From contig JAUVXV010000003.1 of the NCBI GenBank assembly GCA_030603365.1, forward strand, positions 64,001 through 128,000: a stretch of DNA of 64,000 nucleotides. The letters run 5' to 3'. The DNA comes from Candidatus Heimdallarchaeota archaeon. Its GTDB lineage: Archaea; Asgardarchaeota; Heimdallarchaeia; Heimdallarchaeales; Heimdallarchaeaceae. Below, piece by piece: positions 48,141 to 57,781 of this stretch. The position numbers and the translations under genes were made by a program. Within the stretch, counting starts at the first letter, position 1; each line of letters opens with the position of its first letter. A model generated the notes under the pieces. It did no database searches. It saw only the letters and a list, made by a program, of their open reading frames with translations, and was not told where the DNA came from.

Positions 48141-49547
48141 CTAATCGACAATTTCTATTAATGGTATTTTCTCCTTATATTTCACTACTTTGGGTAGGAA
48201 GGTCGCTCCTGTTGAACTTTTTATACACTCAATATATGTTGTATAATCTTCTCTAGAAAATCTGATTATAATATCTGCAGTTGTTCGCAATCTTGCTAAC
48301 ATTTCTCTACTAATAGCATTGAAGTTTATGAATGAATGAGCTACAGCTCTCTTCTCCTTAATATTGAAGGATTGGAGTGCGAAATAACGCAAGAATTCAG
48401 ATTCAGAAAGAATATTAGCATCATCTGTAAGATCTCCATAAACGACTACTTTCTGATTCGATTTTTGAAATGCTTCCATCAATTCAACAGTTACAGAAAT
48501 CATATCATCTGTTGTCATTAGTTGACTCATTTCTCTAGCTTCTATTGCAGTTACTGAACGATTATACTTGTCAATGAATACGATATTTCCTTTATTCATA
48601 AAAGGTTCAATGTCACAATCAGCTTTTTTGAAGTCTTCAATAATCCTAGATGAATACATATGTACATTAGAATGAATAATTATTCCCTTGTCCTTTTCAA
48701 GATTGTAACATAAAGTACTCAAAAATAATGGAAAATAATTTGTTTCGCCATCAACTTCTATCAATACAACACTCCCAGAAGGAATACCTCCTCCAAGCAA
48801 ATTATCTAGTTTTTCTATACCTGATGATTCTTCATGTATTATAGATACTGGAGGTTGTTCTGACCTTAGGATGGATATGCCATCTCTATTGATAATGAAC
48901 CTGTTCTCAGAATTAATTGGTTTTGCTGACCTTAGTTTTGGAATTGAGATTCGTTTAATGAGTTGATTGTTTTTTAATTCAGTTCGAATCTTAATTACAC
49001 CATCAACAAGAAACTCCTCTATGGTGGAATATTCCTCGTTCATCCGGGATTCAGCAGTTAGAACTAGCACTGCATCTTCATTAGTGATTTCCCGTATGAA
49101 ATCCATGAAATTGCTTCTAGCAGTTTTTTCATATTTGAACTCAGCAAAGAAAGCTGAAATTGAATCAAAAATTATCATTTTTGCATTGATAGTTTGCATT
49201 CTATTTTTGGTTCGAGCAATAATAGCTGATAAATCAAACCTATCTGTCTGAACTAGATTTGTTCCCATGGGTTTTAGAGACATCTTTTCTAGAAGTAATA
49301 ATCCTTTTTCTACATATGAATCCAGATCCATATTAAATGATTTACCATAAATCATCAATTTCTCAATATCCACTTCTGTTGAGATAAACAAGACCGGAAT
49401 GCCTGCTTTTAGAGCTCCAAGAGTCATAAAGAGTGAGAGAACTGTCTTCCCTGATCCGGCAGTTCCTTTAATTGCATAGCAGAAGCTTGTCCTCAAACCT
49501 CCGTCCATCATTTTATCAAGTTCTTCTATGCCAGTAGAAATAATCAT
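48141..49547 (-). CDS. Double-domain KaiC-like ATPase
   Basis: ISTGI.ELD.M..GG, GTAGSGKT, FDSIS, EEFLVDGVI, PKLR; second domain SSGI..LD.LLGGGIP with degenerate P-loop. Confidence 0.85.
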   Translation of the reverse strand: MIISTGIEELDKMMDGGLRTSFCYAIKGTAGSGKTVLSLFMTLGALKAGIPVLFISTEVDIEKLMIYGKSFNMDLDSYVEKGLLLLEKMSLKPMGTNLVQTDRFDLSAIIARTKNRMQTINAKMIIFDSISAFFAEFKYEKTARSNFMDFIREITNEDAVLVLTAESRMNEEYSTIEEFLVDGVIKIRTELKNNQLIKRISIPKLRSAKPINSENRFIINRDGISILRSEQPPVSIIHEESSGIEKLDNLLGGGIPSGSVVLIEVDGETNYFPLFLSTLCYNLEKDKGIIIHSNVHMYSSRIIEDFKKADCDIEPFMNKGNIVFIDKYNRSVTAIEAREMSQLMTTDDMISVTVELMEAFQKSNQKVVVYGDLTDDANILSESEFLRYFALQSFNIKEKRAVAHSFINFNAISREMLARLRTTADIIIRFSREDYTTYIECIKSSTGATFLPKVVKYKEKIPLIEIVD

Positions 49548-49655
49548 CTTTTTTCAATTATGAAGATATTCAAACTTGTATAAAATTATATCTAAAGTTG
49601 TAGAAGGGTGTTAGTTTGATTTCTAAAAGAACTCAACTTATTTATATTATTAGAA

Positions 49656-50222
49656 ATGTTTCAGCTTATTATGGTTCCTAAATATTCGGCTCAAATGGTT
49701 GGTAGACGAATAATAGTTTGGAGCATCGAACAAGGAATGGAACTATATTCAAGTGGATTTTATGGTAAACCCATAGGTGTAAGAAAACCACAGTTGGGGG
49801 ATGAATTCAGAGATCCTTCTGAAATTTCACCATTTGAAACTATGTATCTTCTTAATCAAAAACTGATTACACTGACAGATGAACAGAATAAAACAATAAC
49901 AAAAAAAATCTTCTTAGAAAAATGTATTCAAAACTTTCTAAGCTTTGAGAGTAAAATGAGAGTTTATAGTCACTTAAGAGACTTAGGGTATATCGTTAGA
50001 CCAGGTTTAAAGTTCGGTGTTGATTTCGCAGTTTATATTAAAGGTCCTGGACTTGAACATAGTCCATATATGGTCCAAATAATTGAAAAAGATGGAAAAA
50101 TAGACCCAATAGAATTAGTCAAAGCAGGCAGATTAGCAACAACTGTACGAAAAAATTTTGTGATTGCTTCTACAATAAAAAACAAATTACATTTCTTCAT
50201 TTTTGGTAGGTTTAAACCATAA
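49656..50222 (+). CDS. endA: tRNA-intron (splicing) endonuclease catalytic subunit
   Basis: VY.HLR.LGYIVRPGLKFG.DFAVY..GP..EHS, R.A..VRK (Y-H-K triad); start may be 49671. Confidence 0.92.
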   Translation: MFQLIMVPKYSAQMVGRRIIVWSIEQGMELYSSGFYGKPIGVRKPQLGDEFRDPSEISPFETMYLLNQKLITLTDEQNKTITKKIFLEKCIQNFLSFESKMRVYSHLRDLGYIVRPGLKFGVDFAVYIKGPGLEHSPYMVQIIEKDGKIDPIELVKAGRLATTVRKNFVIASTIKNKLHFFIFGRFKP

Positions 50223-50307
50223 TAACAATATAACTAAAATCCCCAATAGAAAATATTTTTCCTTTTTACTACCATAAAAGATTAAAAGAATTAAAATTAT
50301 CCTTTTA

Positions 50308-51498
50308 ATGTTTATGAGTTCTTCAACAGATTGGCAAGTGGATGTTCTCGAATTTGCTCAGAAATGCATTTATTGTGGTTATTGTTCACTATGTCCAACA
50401 TATAAAGAACTCAAATGGGAGACTTATCATCCTCGTGGAATTCTTGAACAGATAAAGTTATATTTCACAGAAGGAACAAAAGAAGAAGTCAAATTAGACA
50501 CTTCGAAATCACTTTTTGAAGCGATTTTTGCTTGTACAATGTGTAAAATGTGCGAGAATATTTGTCTTGCTGATATTCCTTTGCTGAAAATCTGGGAGCA
50601 AATCCGTCAAGAATCTTTCAAGAAAGGCAGATGGAACCCTTCAATGCTTTCTCTTTATAATAAAGTTAAGGACACCTACAATATCTATGGTTTACCTTCT
50701 GAAGATAGACTTACTTGGGCAAAGATGAGTGGTTTAGTGATGACTAGACGAACCAAGAAGAAAGCCCCATTAGCTTATTTCATTGGATGTCAAGCTGCGT
50801 ATTCTGGAAAGATGGGACAGGTAGCTCCTAGCGTTGTCAAAATCCTAAGAAAAACGAAAACTAATTTCACAATTCTTGGAACTGATGAATGGTGCTGTGG
50901 TTCTCCTGTCTTCTTAGCAGGAGGTTACTCTGTAGGTAAGAGTTTTGCTAAACATAATTTGGATGAATTAAAGAAATTGGGTGTAAAGAGACTTGTTACA
51001 GCTTGTTCAGGTTGCTATCGAACTTTCAAAATAGTTTATCCAAGAGTTCTAGGAGATAGCTGGGATATTGAAGTCCTTCACATTTCTGAATTAGCAAATG
51101 AGTTAATCAAAGCAGGTAAATTGAAACTAAAGCATAAATTCAAAGAAAAAATTACCTTCAAAGATCCTTGTGAGTTGGTTAGACACTGTGAATTAATAGA
51201 AGCACCCAGAGATGTGATAAATAGCATTCCAAATGTTCGATTTGAAGAATTACCTTCCAATCGAAATGAAGCATTATGTTGTGGAGGAGGAGGATTATTG
51301 AAACTCAATGATTCTGAGTTAGTTGGCAAAGTTAATTCCAAATTGATATCAGAGATTGAGTATTCTGAAGCTGATATAGTTGCAAATGGTTGTCCTACTT
51401 GTTTAGATACAATAATGACTGGAGTTAAGAATAAAGGTTTAGATGTCGAAGTTATAGATATTGCAGAACTCATCTTAAGAGCAATGGGGGATAAATAA
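50308..51498 (+). CDS. (Fe-S)-binding oxidoreductase with CCG domains (GlcF/GlpC/HdrD-like)
   Basis: CIYCGYC..CP, CTMCKMC..IC, WCCG, CSGC, DPC, LCCGGGG, CPTC. Confidence 0.88.
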   Translation: MFMSSSTDWQVDVLEFAQKCIYCGYCSLCPTYKELKWETYHPRGILEQIKLYFTEGTKEEVKLDTSKSLFEAIFACTMCKMCENICLADIPLLKIWEQIRQESFKKGRWNPSMLSLYNKVKDTYNIYGLPSEDRLTWAKMSGLVMTRRTKKKAPLAYFIGCQAAYSGKMGQVAPSVVKILRKTKTNFTILGTDEWCCGSPVFLAGGYSVGKSFAKHNLDELKKLGVKRLVTACSGCYRTFKIVYPRVLGDSWDIEVLHISELANELIKAGKLKLKHKFKEKITFKDPCELVRHCELIEAPRDVINSIPNVRFEELPSNRNEALCCGGGGLLKLNDSELVGKVNSKLISEIEYSEADIVANGCPTCLDTIMTGVKNKGLDVEVIDIAELILRAMGDK

Positions 51499-52910
51499 TG
51501 ACATTAAAGAAGAAAGCAAGATCAAGATTTGTTCGATTTCTTGGTAAACAACTTCGTGAAGATAGAACAACTCTTCAAATTTATTCTAGAGATATGGCAG
51601 ATTTACCTTCTTTAGTTAGCATATTTTTCCAAAATATTCCTGATGGTGTTATCCTTGCTTCTTCAGTAAAAGACATCCAAACTATATATTCGGTGGCCAA
51701 TGAAACAAAAACACCAATTACTCAAAGAGCAGCTGGAACAGCTGGTTTAGGAGGAAGTATTACTTACAAAAAAGGATTAGTTATAGATACTAAAGGATTT
51801 GAACAACATTACTTGGTTAATCCATTAGATCAAACTGTAGTTGTCAGTCCTTCGTATGTTTTCTCTGATTTACAGAGGAAGCTAAAATTAGAGGGTTTCT
51901 CATTATGCTCTTATCCTTCAAGTTATCATTCTGCAACAATTGGCGGATGGATAGCGCATGGGGGACATGGGATTGGTAGTGCTCAATATGGAGGAGTATT
52001 AGAACAGATAGTAGAAATTGAGGTAGTTCTGCCAACAGGTCACTTAGTAAAATATACAGAAAGAGATCATATTTCACTATTTGTAGGCTCACATGGGACA
52101 TTAGGGACAATTACAGAAGTTACATTGCGAGTCAAATTTGATATCCCGTTAAAACACCAAGGTTGTACCTTTGATTCTCCAAAAGAGTTAATTCAAGGAC
52201 TAGAAGAAATAGTAAGGATTTTTCCATATTCTGTTTGGTTTCTAAATCCAGAACATGTTGCTCTTTTCAATGAAACATTTGGTTATAATCTACCCATTAG
52301 ATATGTGGCAATAATCTCAAAAGAAGTTAATTTCGAGGAAGAAGAACTAGAATTCAGTAGGCTATTTAATAACGCCGTTCGTAATGCTGGGGGTCAAATT
52401 CTCGATCGTAGGTATACAGAGGATATTTGGCAATTCAGATTTAAATCATTTTCAATGCTAAAGCAGTGTAAAGATTTTGTTGTTTCTGAAGTGATATTGC
52501 CAATAGAAGCTAGTGACAAATATATAAGAAAATTAGTGTCCAAATTTAAAGGAAACATTCACTTAGAAGGAGAGGTAATCTCACCAACTCATTATGCTTT
52601 AATGATGTATCTATTATATGATGAAAAATTATCATCTTTAAAGAAAACTCTATTGAATCTGAAACTGTTCAATTTAACAATAGGAAGTAAAAAAGTAAAA
52701 GGCACACCATACTCAACTGGACTATGGTTCTCAGGATACTATGGGAAGATATATGGTAAAGATGAATTGCGACGATATAAAGAATTTAAGAAAAGCGTTG
52801 ATCCGAAGAACATTAGCAATCCAGGAAAAGTATTATCTCCAAAATTAAGATTCCTTCCAATAGTGAGTTTGAAATTTGCCGTAAGATTAGCAAGTAGGTT
52901 AATACTATGA
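51498..52910 (+). CDS. FAD-binding oxidoreductase (VAO/GlcD-like)
   Basis: RAAGTAGLGG, ATIGGWIA, YG, VGSHGTLG.ITE, DP.NI.NPGK. Confidence 0.85.
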   Translation: MTLKKKARSRFVRFLGKQLREDRTTLQIYSRDMADLPSLVSIFFQNIPDGVILASSVKDIQTIYSVANETKTPITQRAAGTAGLGGSITYKKGLVIDTKGFEQHYLVNPLDQTVVVSPSYVFSDLQRKLKLEGFSLCSYPSSYHSATIGGWIAHGGHGIGSAQYGGVLEQIVEIEVVLPTGHLVKYTERDHISLFVGSHGTLGTITEVTLRVKFDIPLKHQGCTFDSPKELIQGLEEIVRIFPYSVWFLNPEHVALFNETFGYNLPIRYVAIISKEVNFEEEELEFSRLFNNAVRNAGGQILDRRYTEDIWQFRFKSFSMLKQCKDFVVSEVILPIEASDKYIRKLVSKFKGNIHLEGEVISPTHYALMMYLLYDEKLSSLKKTLLNLKLFNLTIGSKKVKGTPYSTGLWFSGYYGKIYGKDELRRYKEFKKSVDPKNISNPGKVLSPKLRFLPIVSLKFAVRLASRLIL

Positions 52911-53344
52911 AAATACAAGAATATGAATTTCCAGATGATTTACTATATGTGACGGGGGAACCAGGTCATTTTTGGCTAGAGAAAATATCCGAAAATAAAC
53001 TGAAAATTGGCATTGATCATTATGCATCATCAAGAGCAGGAACTATTGAATTCGTTATGACAATGAAATTAGATAAACGTATCAAGAAAGATGATACAAT
53101 TGGTACAATTGAAAGCGGTAAATGGGTTGGTCACATCAAATCACCTATTGACGGAATAATCATTGAGAAAAACGATAATTTGAGAAAAAATCCTGAATTC
53201 ATTAATGAAGATCCCTATGGGAAAGGCTGGGTTCTTATTCTTGAAGGAAAGGAAATAGAAACACAGCTTGAAGAGCACGAACTCATAGTTTCAGCTGGAG
53301 AAAAATTAGAAGAATACATACTTTGGCGAATAAGTGAAGAATAG
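52907..53344 (+). CDS. GcvH-like lipoyl-carrier protein
   Basis: IGID.YA, TIESGKWVG (lipoyl Lys), SPIDG, INEDPYG.GW. Confidence 0.88.
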   Translation: MKIQEYEFPDDLLYVTGEPGHFWLEKISENKLKIGIDHYASSRAGTIEFVMTMKLDKRIKKDDTIGTIESGKWVGHIKSPIDGIIIEKNDNLRKNPEFINEDPYGKGWVLILEGKEIETQLEEHELIVSAGEKLEEYILWRISEE

Positions 53345-53396
53345 CATATCTTCTGAAAGATAGATTTTTATTTTACTTTACTCATTTTGTTTCATT

Positions 53397-54269
53397 ATGT
53401 TCAGCTGGTTCATACTTCTCTTTGCTCTCTTACAAGGAATTTTAGAGTGGTTACCGGTTAGTTCTCAAGGTCAAACAGTATCATTGCTTATCGCATTAGT
53501 TAATCTAGATGAGAACCTAGCATTTCAAATAGCATTGTGGCTTCATCTTGGTACTTTAATAGCTGTCATAATAAAATATCGACGGGAACTGTTTCTCTAC
53601 TTGAATCTGAAGAATAAAGAACCAGAAATTGTTCAGTGGAGAAGATTCTTGATTTTTAGTACTTTAGGGACTATAGTAACTGGTGTTCCCTGTTTTTTAC
53701 TTGTAAAATATCTTATTAAAGACAATTCAGTCTTTGGAGAATACATTATGCTTGTCATTGGTGTAGCTCTAATCATAACAGCTGCTTTACTCTTCTATTC
53801 TGATCGGAAGAAAAATAGAATAGGTACTCAACCAGAAGAAATATCTGAAGAGAACAAGTTAGTAAAACAAGCATCCATCGAAGATTTATCTAAACTGAAA
53901 ATGATAACCAGTGGTCTTTTTCAAGGATTTTCAATTATACCAGGAATAAGTCGTTCTGGAATAACAATGAGTGGGTTGTTGTTCATGTCAACGAAAAAGG
54001 AAGATGCAATTAAAGGCAGTTTTCTGATGAGTATACCTGCTGTCATTGGAGGTTTCATTCTAGATGTTACTTTTACAGCTGTTGAAGGAGGAGCTATATT
54101 CCCTATAGAATGGTGGCAGTTACTAATTGCAATTCTATTAACAGCAATTATTGGTTATTTAACTATAGAGCTTTTCCTTTTCATTGCTAGAAAATACAAT
54201 TTTGCTTTAATTTGTTTAATTCTAGGAATACTTACTTTAGTGTTATTTGCCATTCGGTTTGCTGGATAA
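53397..54269 (+). CDS. uppP: Undecaprenyl/polyprenyl-diphosphate phosphatase (BacA family)
   Basis: QGILEWLPVSS, HLGT, PGISRSG, SFLMSIP. Confidence 0.9.
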   Translation: MFSWFILLFALLQGILEWLPVSSQGQTVSLLIALVNLDENLAFQIALWLHLGTLIAVIIKYRRELFLYLNLKNKEPEIVQWRRFLIFSTLGTIVTGVPCFLLVKYLIKDNSVFGEYIMLVIGVALIITAALLFYSDRKKNRIGTQPEEISEENKLVKQASIEDLSKLKMITSGLFQGFSIIPGISRSGITMSGLLFMSTKKEDAIKGSFLMSIPAVIGGFILDVTFTAVEGGAIFPIEWWQLLIAILLTAIIGYLTIELFLFIARKYNFALICLILGILTLVLFAIRFAG

Positions 54270-54443
54270 AAAACAATGACAATTGAAACCTTCAAAATCA
54301 TTTTATATAATGAAGTTAAAACTAATCAATAGACATAATAAATTGTATTACAGTTAACGAAAACGTTAAATTAACTAGAATTACTATATGATTGTTTATA
54401 CTAGCAGTAATACCAGCTCAGTTAGGTAAAAATAGGTGAATGA

Positions 54444-55454
54444 ATGTCTTTCTACGAGTTTCGAAAACGTATTCTAGAAGAGAAGCAAAAAAGAGAAAAG
54501 CAACAAGGTAGACAAGGTGGAACAAATGACTCAAAACAAGAAACTATCATTGGTAAGAATAAGTTCAGTGTAGCATTATTGGGTTTAGAAAGAGCTGGTA
54601 AGACTTCCTTAGTAAAGAAATTATTAAAACAGGAAGATATAGTGGTCAGACCAACTTATGGAGTTAATCTAGAAAATTATCAATATAGGGATCTAAACTT
54701 TACTTGTTTTGATCTTGGAGGTCATCAGCCATTTCGATTAAGTCTGTGGAAAAAATTCATTGAAAGAGCAGACGGGGTGATGTATCTTGTTGATTCAGCT
54801 GACCATGCAAGGTTTGAAGAATCAAAACAAACCTTCTGGCATTATATTAACTTTGCAAAACAAAACAGTCCAGTTTTATTTTTAGCTAATAAGAGCGATT
54901 TACCAAATTCTAAAGAGCTTTCAGAAATCAATGGACATTTCGAATTAGATAAATTTCTAAGAAATCTAAGACCATTTAATATCAAGAAATGTTCAGCCTT
55001 AACTGGACAAGGAGTATACGAAGCTTGGGACTGGATGGTTGATGTGCTCTGCGGTGCACAACAATGGAAAGTTAAGATAGGAGCCGCTGTACTTGCAGAT
55101 GTTGAAGGTAATATCGTATCCGAAGCTATCTTCGGAAAACCTAGTGAACAAGCAGTAATAGCTAACGATTTCAAAAAACTCAAAGAATTGACTCGTCTTT
55201 TTGCCATTGAGTCCAAGGAGAGCATTCAATCTATTAAACTTGAAAGTCTCTTCAAAAAACATGTAAGTCATGTTAAAAGAGGTGCTTATTGCCTCTCAGT
55301 TATGATTGATCCAATCGATCCAGTTACTAGAGCTCAGCAAATTCAATTACGAATTCTAGAGAATTTTAGCAGAAATCCTGTTGAAGTTCAGAAAAATCTA
55401 AATGAAGTATTTGAAAGCAAGTTTCCATTAGAAGTAGAAGGAGGACGTCGTTAA
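54444..55454 (+). CDS. Arf/Sar-family GTPase with C-terminal longin/roadblock-like domain
   Basis: GLERAGKT, PTYG.N, FDLGGH, W, VDSAD..RF.ES, NKSD, CSALTGQG..E..DW. Confidence 0.88.
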   Translation: MSFYEFRKRILEEKQKREKQQGRQGGTNDSKQETIIGKNKFSVALLGLERAGKTSLVKKLLKQEDIVVRPTYGVNLENYQYRDLNFTCFDLGGHQPFRLSLWKKFIERADGVMYLVDSADHARFEESKQTFWHYINFAKQNSPVLFLANKSDLPNSKELSEINGHFELDKFLRNLRPFNIKKCSALTGQGVYEAWDWMVDVLCGAQQWKVKIGAAVLADVEGNIVSEAIFGKPSEQAVIANDFKKLKELTRLFAIESKESIQSIKLESLFKKHVSHVKRGAYCLSVMIDPIDPVTRAQQIQLRILENFSRNPVEVQKNLNEVFESKFPLEVEGGRR

Positions 55455-56450
55455 TTGAGTAGCTACTTGTCCTTCATCCGAGATAAACTTATTTCTTCAC
55501 AAGAGAGGAAAATTCCTCAATGTGCAATTTTAGGTTTAGAAGGATCAGGTAAATCAAGTGTAGTAAGTCGTCTACTTTATGGAACTGTTTCAGAAGATCA
55601 ACCAGACCAATCAACATGTTATATCAATATAACTTATGGAAAATCAACAATTACAATTCTTGAAGCCGATGAAGAAACTTCCCGAGAGAGTCCTTATTTC
55701 CAAGATATTCTTAGCAAAATTGATGGGATAGTTTTCGTAATTGATACTCAATCAATAAGACATGTAGAGGCTTCTTTTGAATATATATTCAGTTTATTTG
55801 ATAAGATACCTCAAACAACTTCAATATTATTCTTAGCAAATAAAATTGATATGCCAGATGCTGTGCCTTTTCCAGATTTATTACAGGATCCAGCTTTTCA
55901 AGTAATCATGGATGATATCAACAGATCTGTGTCAATCTATCCCGTTAGTATAAAAACTGGTGAGAACTTTTACACTGCATTTGATTGGGTTATCTCAAGA
56001 ATGACTGGCAGAACCCCCTTACGTGAAGAAGTTACTCCTAAACGAGTTATTATACTTCAGGAAGGTGGAGTTCCTGCTTTTGACCATACTTTTGATGCTT
56101 CAATTGCGGAGCATGACAGTACTTTGTTGGGAGGGTTAATTAGCGCATTAAATATCATGGCTTCCACCATATTTGAATCACAATCAGTAATGGACGTGGT
56201 AAAACTTGGTGGATATAAAATGGTAATTAGAAAAATGGAAGGATGGAGTATCGTACTATTTGTTGATCGTGATGATAGTGAATCAAAGGCTCAATCTCTA
56301 GCCGAAGAGATTCTGAATGCTTTCCAAGAAGAAAGACAGCGTGATCCATCTAAAGACTTGCCAAAGCAGATTAAGTATGAATTTTTAACCAAAATTCCAG
56401 AAATTGCTATCTTATTAGATCAACAACCAATAAGCGAAGATGAATATTAA
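55455..56450 (+). CDS. Degenerate Arf-like GTPase with C-terminal longin-like domain
   Basis: GLEGSGKS, NKID and SIKTG present; G3 replaced by LEADEE; tail with GGVP.F and LLGGLISAL. Confidence 0.75.
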   Translation: MSSYLSFIRDKLISSQERKIPQCAILGLEGSGKSSVVSRLLYGTVSEDQPDQSTCYINITYGKSTITILEADEETSRESPYFQDILSKIDGIVFVIDTQSIRHVEASFEYIFSLFDKIPQTTSILFLANKIDMPDAVPFPDLLQDPAFQVIMDDINRSVSIYPVSIKTGENFYTAFDWVISRMTGRTPLREEVTPKRVIILQEGGVPAFDHTFDASIAEHDSTLLGGLISALNIMASTIFESQSVMDVVKLGGYKMVIRKMEGWSIVLFVDRDDSESKAQSLAEEILNAFQEERQRDPSKDLPKQIKYEFLTKIPEIAILLDQQPISEDEY

Positions 56451-56461
56451 GGAGAAAACAA

Positions 56462-57232
56462 ATGATAAATCCAAATATATCAAAAGAACCATCATTGGTG
56501 TTCAGTGTCTTTAAGGATTATGGACCTGAAATTCTATTCAATAATTCTACTTTAGATGAGAATACTGCATTAACTTTAGTCATGAGTGGTATGACTCTTG
56601 TTGAAATGGATAAAACTTCCATTGGCAGAGTAGATGGTTCAAAAAATCCAAAAATGCTTGGACCTATCCCTGTTCCAGAAAATGAACACTTAAAAGCAAT
56701 AGCAATTCCTTTTGAGACAGAAATAACTTCCTCCTCAGATGAAAGGATAGCAGCTGCAGGACATCGTTTATGTGTCGCATATTTCCTTTTTGAAGGTATT
56801 GCAGTAAGAGATGTTCTAGATAGTTATGGCTTAATAGAACCATACTTTACCTTGATAGGAAGGAGCATGCAGAAAGAGTCAAATATTAATCCTACTTCAA
56901 TTAAACAGCTTTATACTCGTATGATTGACATGTTTTCTGGTAAAATTCCAAGAATCTTTGCTATAAATGCTGATAATTCACTAAAAGAAATGATTGGTAA
57001 AAGATTGGAATATGCTGATACTTACTTACTTTGTGATTTAGATAAAAATGAAATGTATGTCCTTTTATATAATCCATCGATAGATGTATGGAGAAGAAGA
57101 GACATCTACAAAGTAGCTTCAGAGTTAAATTCAAGTATGTTCAGAAGTGCTATGAGAATTAAAACCATTGAAGATATTAAAGAAATGGTTCGAATTCTTG
57201 GAATACTTAACATTGAAATTGCACCAGTTTAG
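56462..57232 (+). CDS. uDENN/longin-like + gelsolin-like domain protein
   Basis: N-terminal FSVFKDYGP...DER; C-terminal PRIFAI...L...DTYLLCD...EMYV...A.EL; AAGGAG upstream. Confidence 0.5.
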   Translation: MINPNISKEPSLVFSVFKDYGPEILFNNSTLDENTALTLVMSGMTLVEMDKTSIGRVDGSKNPKMLGPIPVPENEHLKAIAIPFETEITSSSDERIAAAGHRLCVAYFLFEGIAVRDVLDSYGLIEPYFTLIGRSMQKESNINPTSIKQLYTRMIDMFSGKIPRIFAINADNSLKEMIGKRLEYADTYLLCDLDKNEMYVLLYNPSIDVWRRRDIYKVASELNSSMFRSAMRIKTIEDIKEMVRILGILNIEIAPV

Positions 57233-57282
57233 AAACGAGCATTTTCTTTTTTCAATACCTTTAGGAAAGATATAGCTTCCGT

Positions 57283-57705
57283 CTATTTATTTTCAGGCAC
57301 ATAACTCATCATGATTAAATCATCGCGAGTGTGCCATCCCACCTTCTTGTAAAACTCTTTTACTCCTTCAGTATCAACTTCGATAAAGAGATGAACTTTT
57401 TTTACATCTTTATTACTAAATCTTCTATGTAACTCATCCATCATCATTCTTCCATATCCGTGTTTTTGATATTTTGGATCAATAGCAAGATGATGTACAT
57501 ACCCTCTTCTTCCATCAAAAGCTCCTAAGACTACAGCAACAACTTTTTTCTCTAATATCCCAACGAGAAACAAATCCTTACTATATTCAAGAGATCTCTT
57601 TATCTGTTCTTTTGTATCTGAAGCTCCTAGTGATAATCCTGTTTCTGTCCAAATTCTAAGAACTTCTTCATACATTCCCATTTCAAACTGAATGATATGC
57701 ATCAT
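57283..57705 (-). CDS. GNAT acetyltransferase (YpeA-like)
   Basis: DGRRGYVHHLAIDP.YQ.HGYG, FYKKVG. Confidence 0.9.
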   Translation of the reverse strand: MMHIIQFEMGMYEEVLRIWTETGLSLGASDTKEQIKRSLEYSKDLFLVGILEKKVVAVVLGAFDGRRGYVHHLAIDPKYQKHGYGRMMMDELHRRFSNKDVKKVHLFIEVDTEGVKEFYKKVGWHTRDDLIMMSYVPENK

Positions 57706-57781
57706 TAATTGTTTGAACTCTAGGATTAATGAATTTTTTTGTATCCAAACATTCTAAAACTGAGAAAAAAGAGTTACATTA

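Noticed and set aside
54354-54369. Palindrome TTAACG-AAAA-CGTTAA upstream of the Arf/Sar operon
   Set aside because: Short and AT-rich, seen once; cannot be distinguished from chance.
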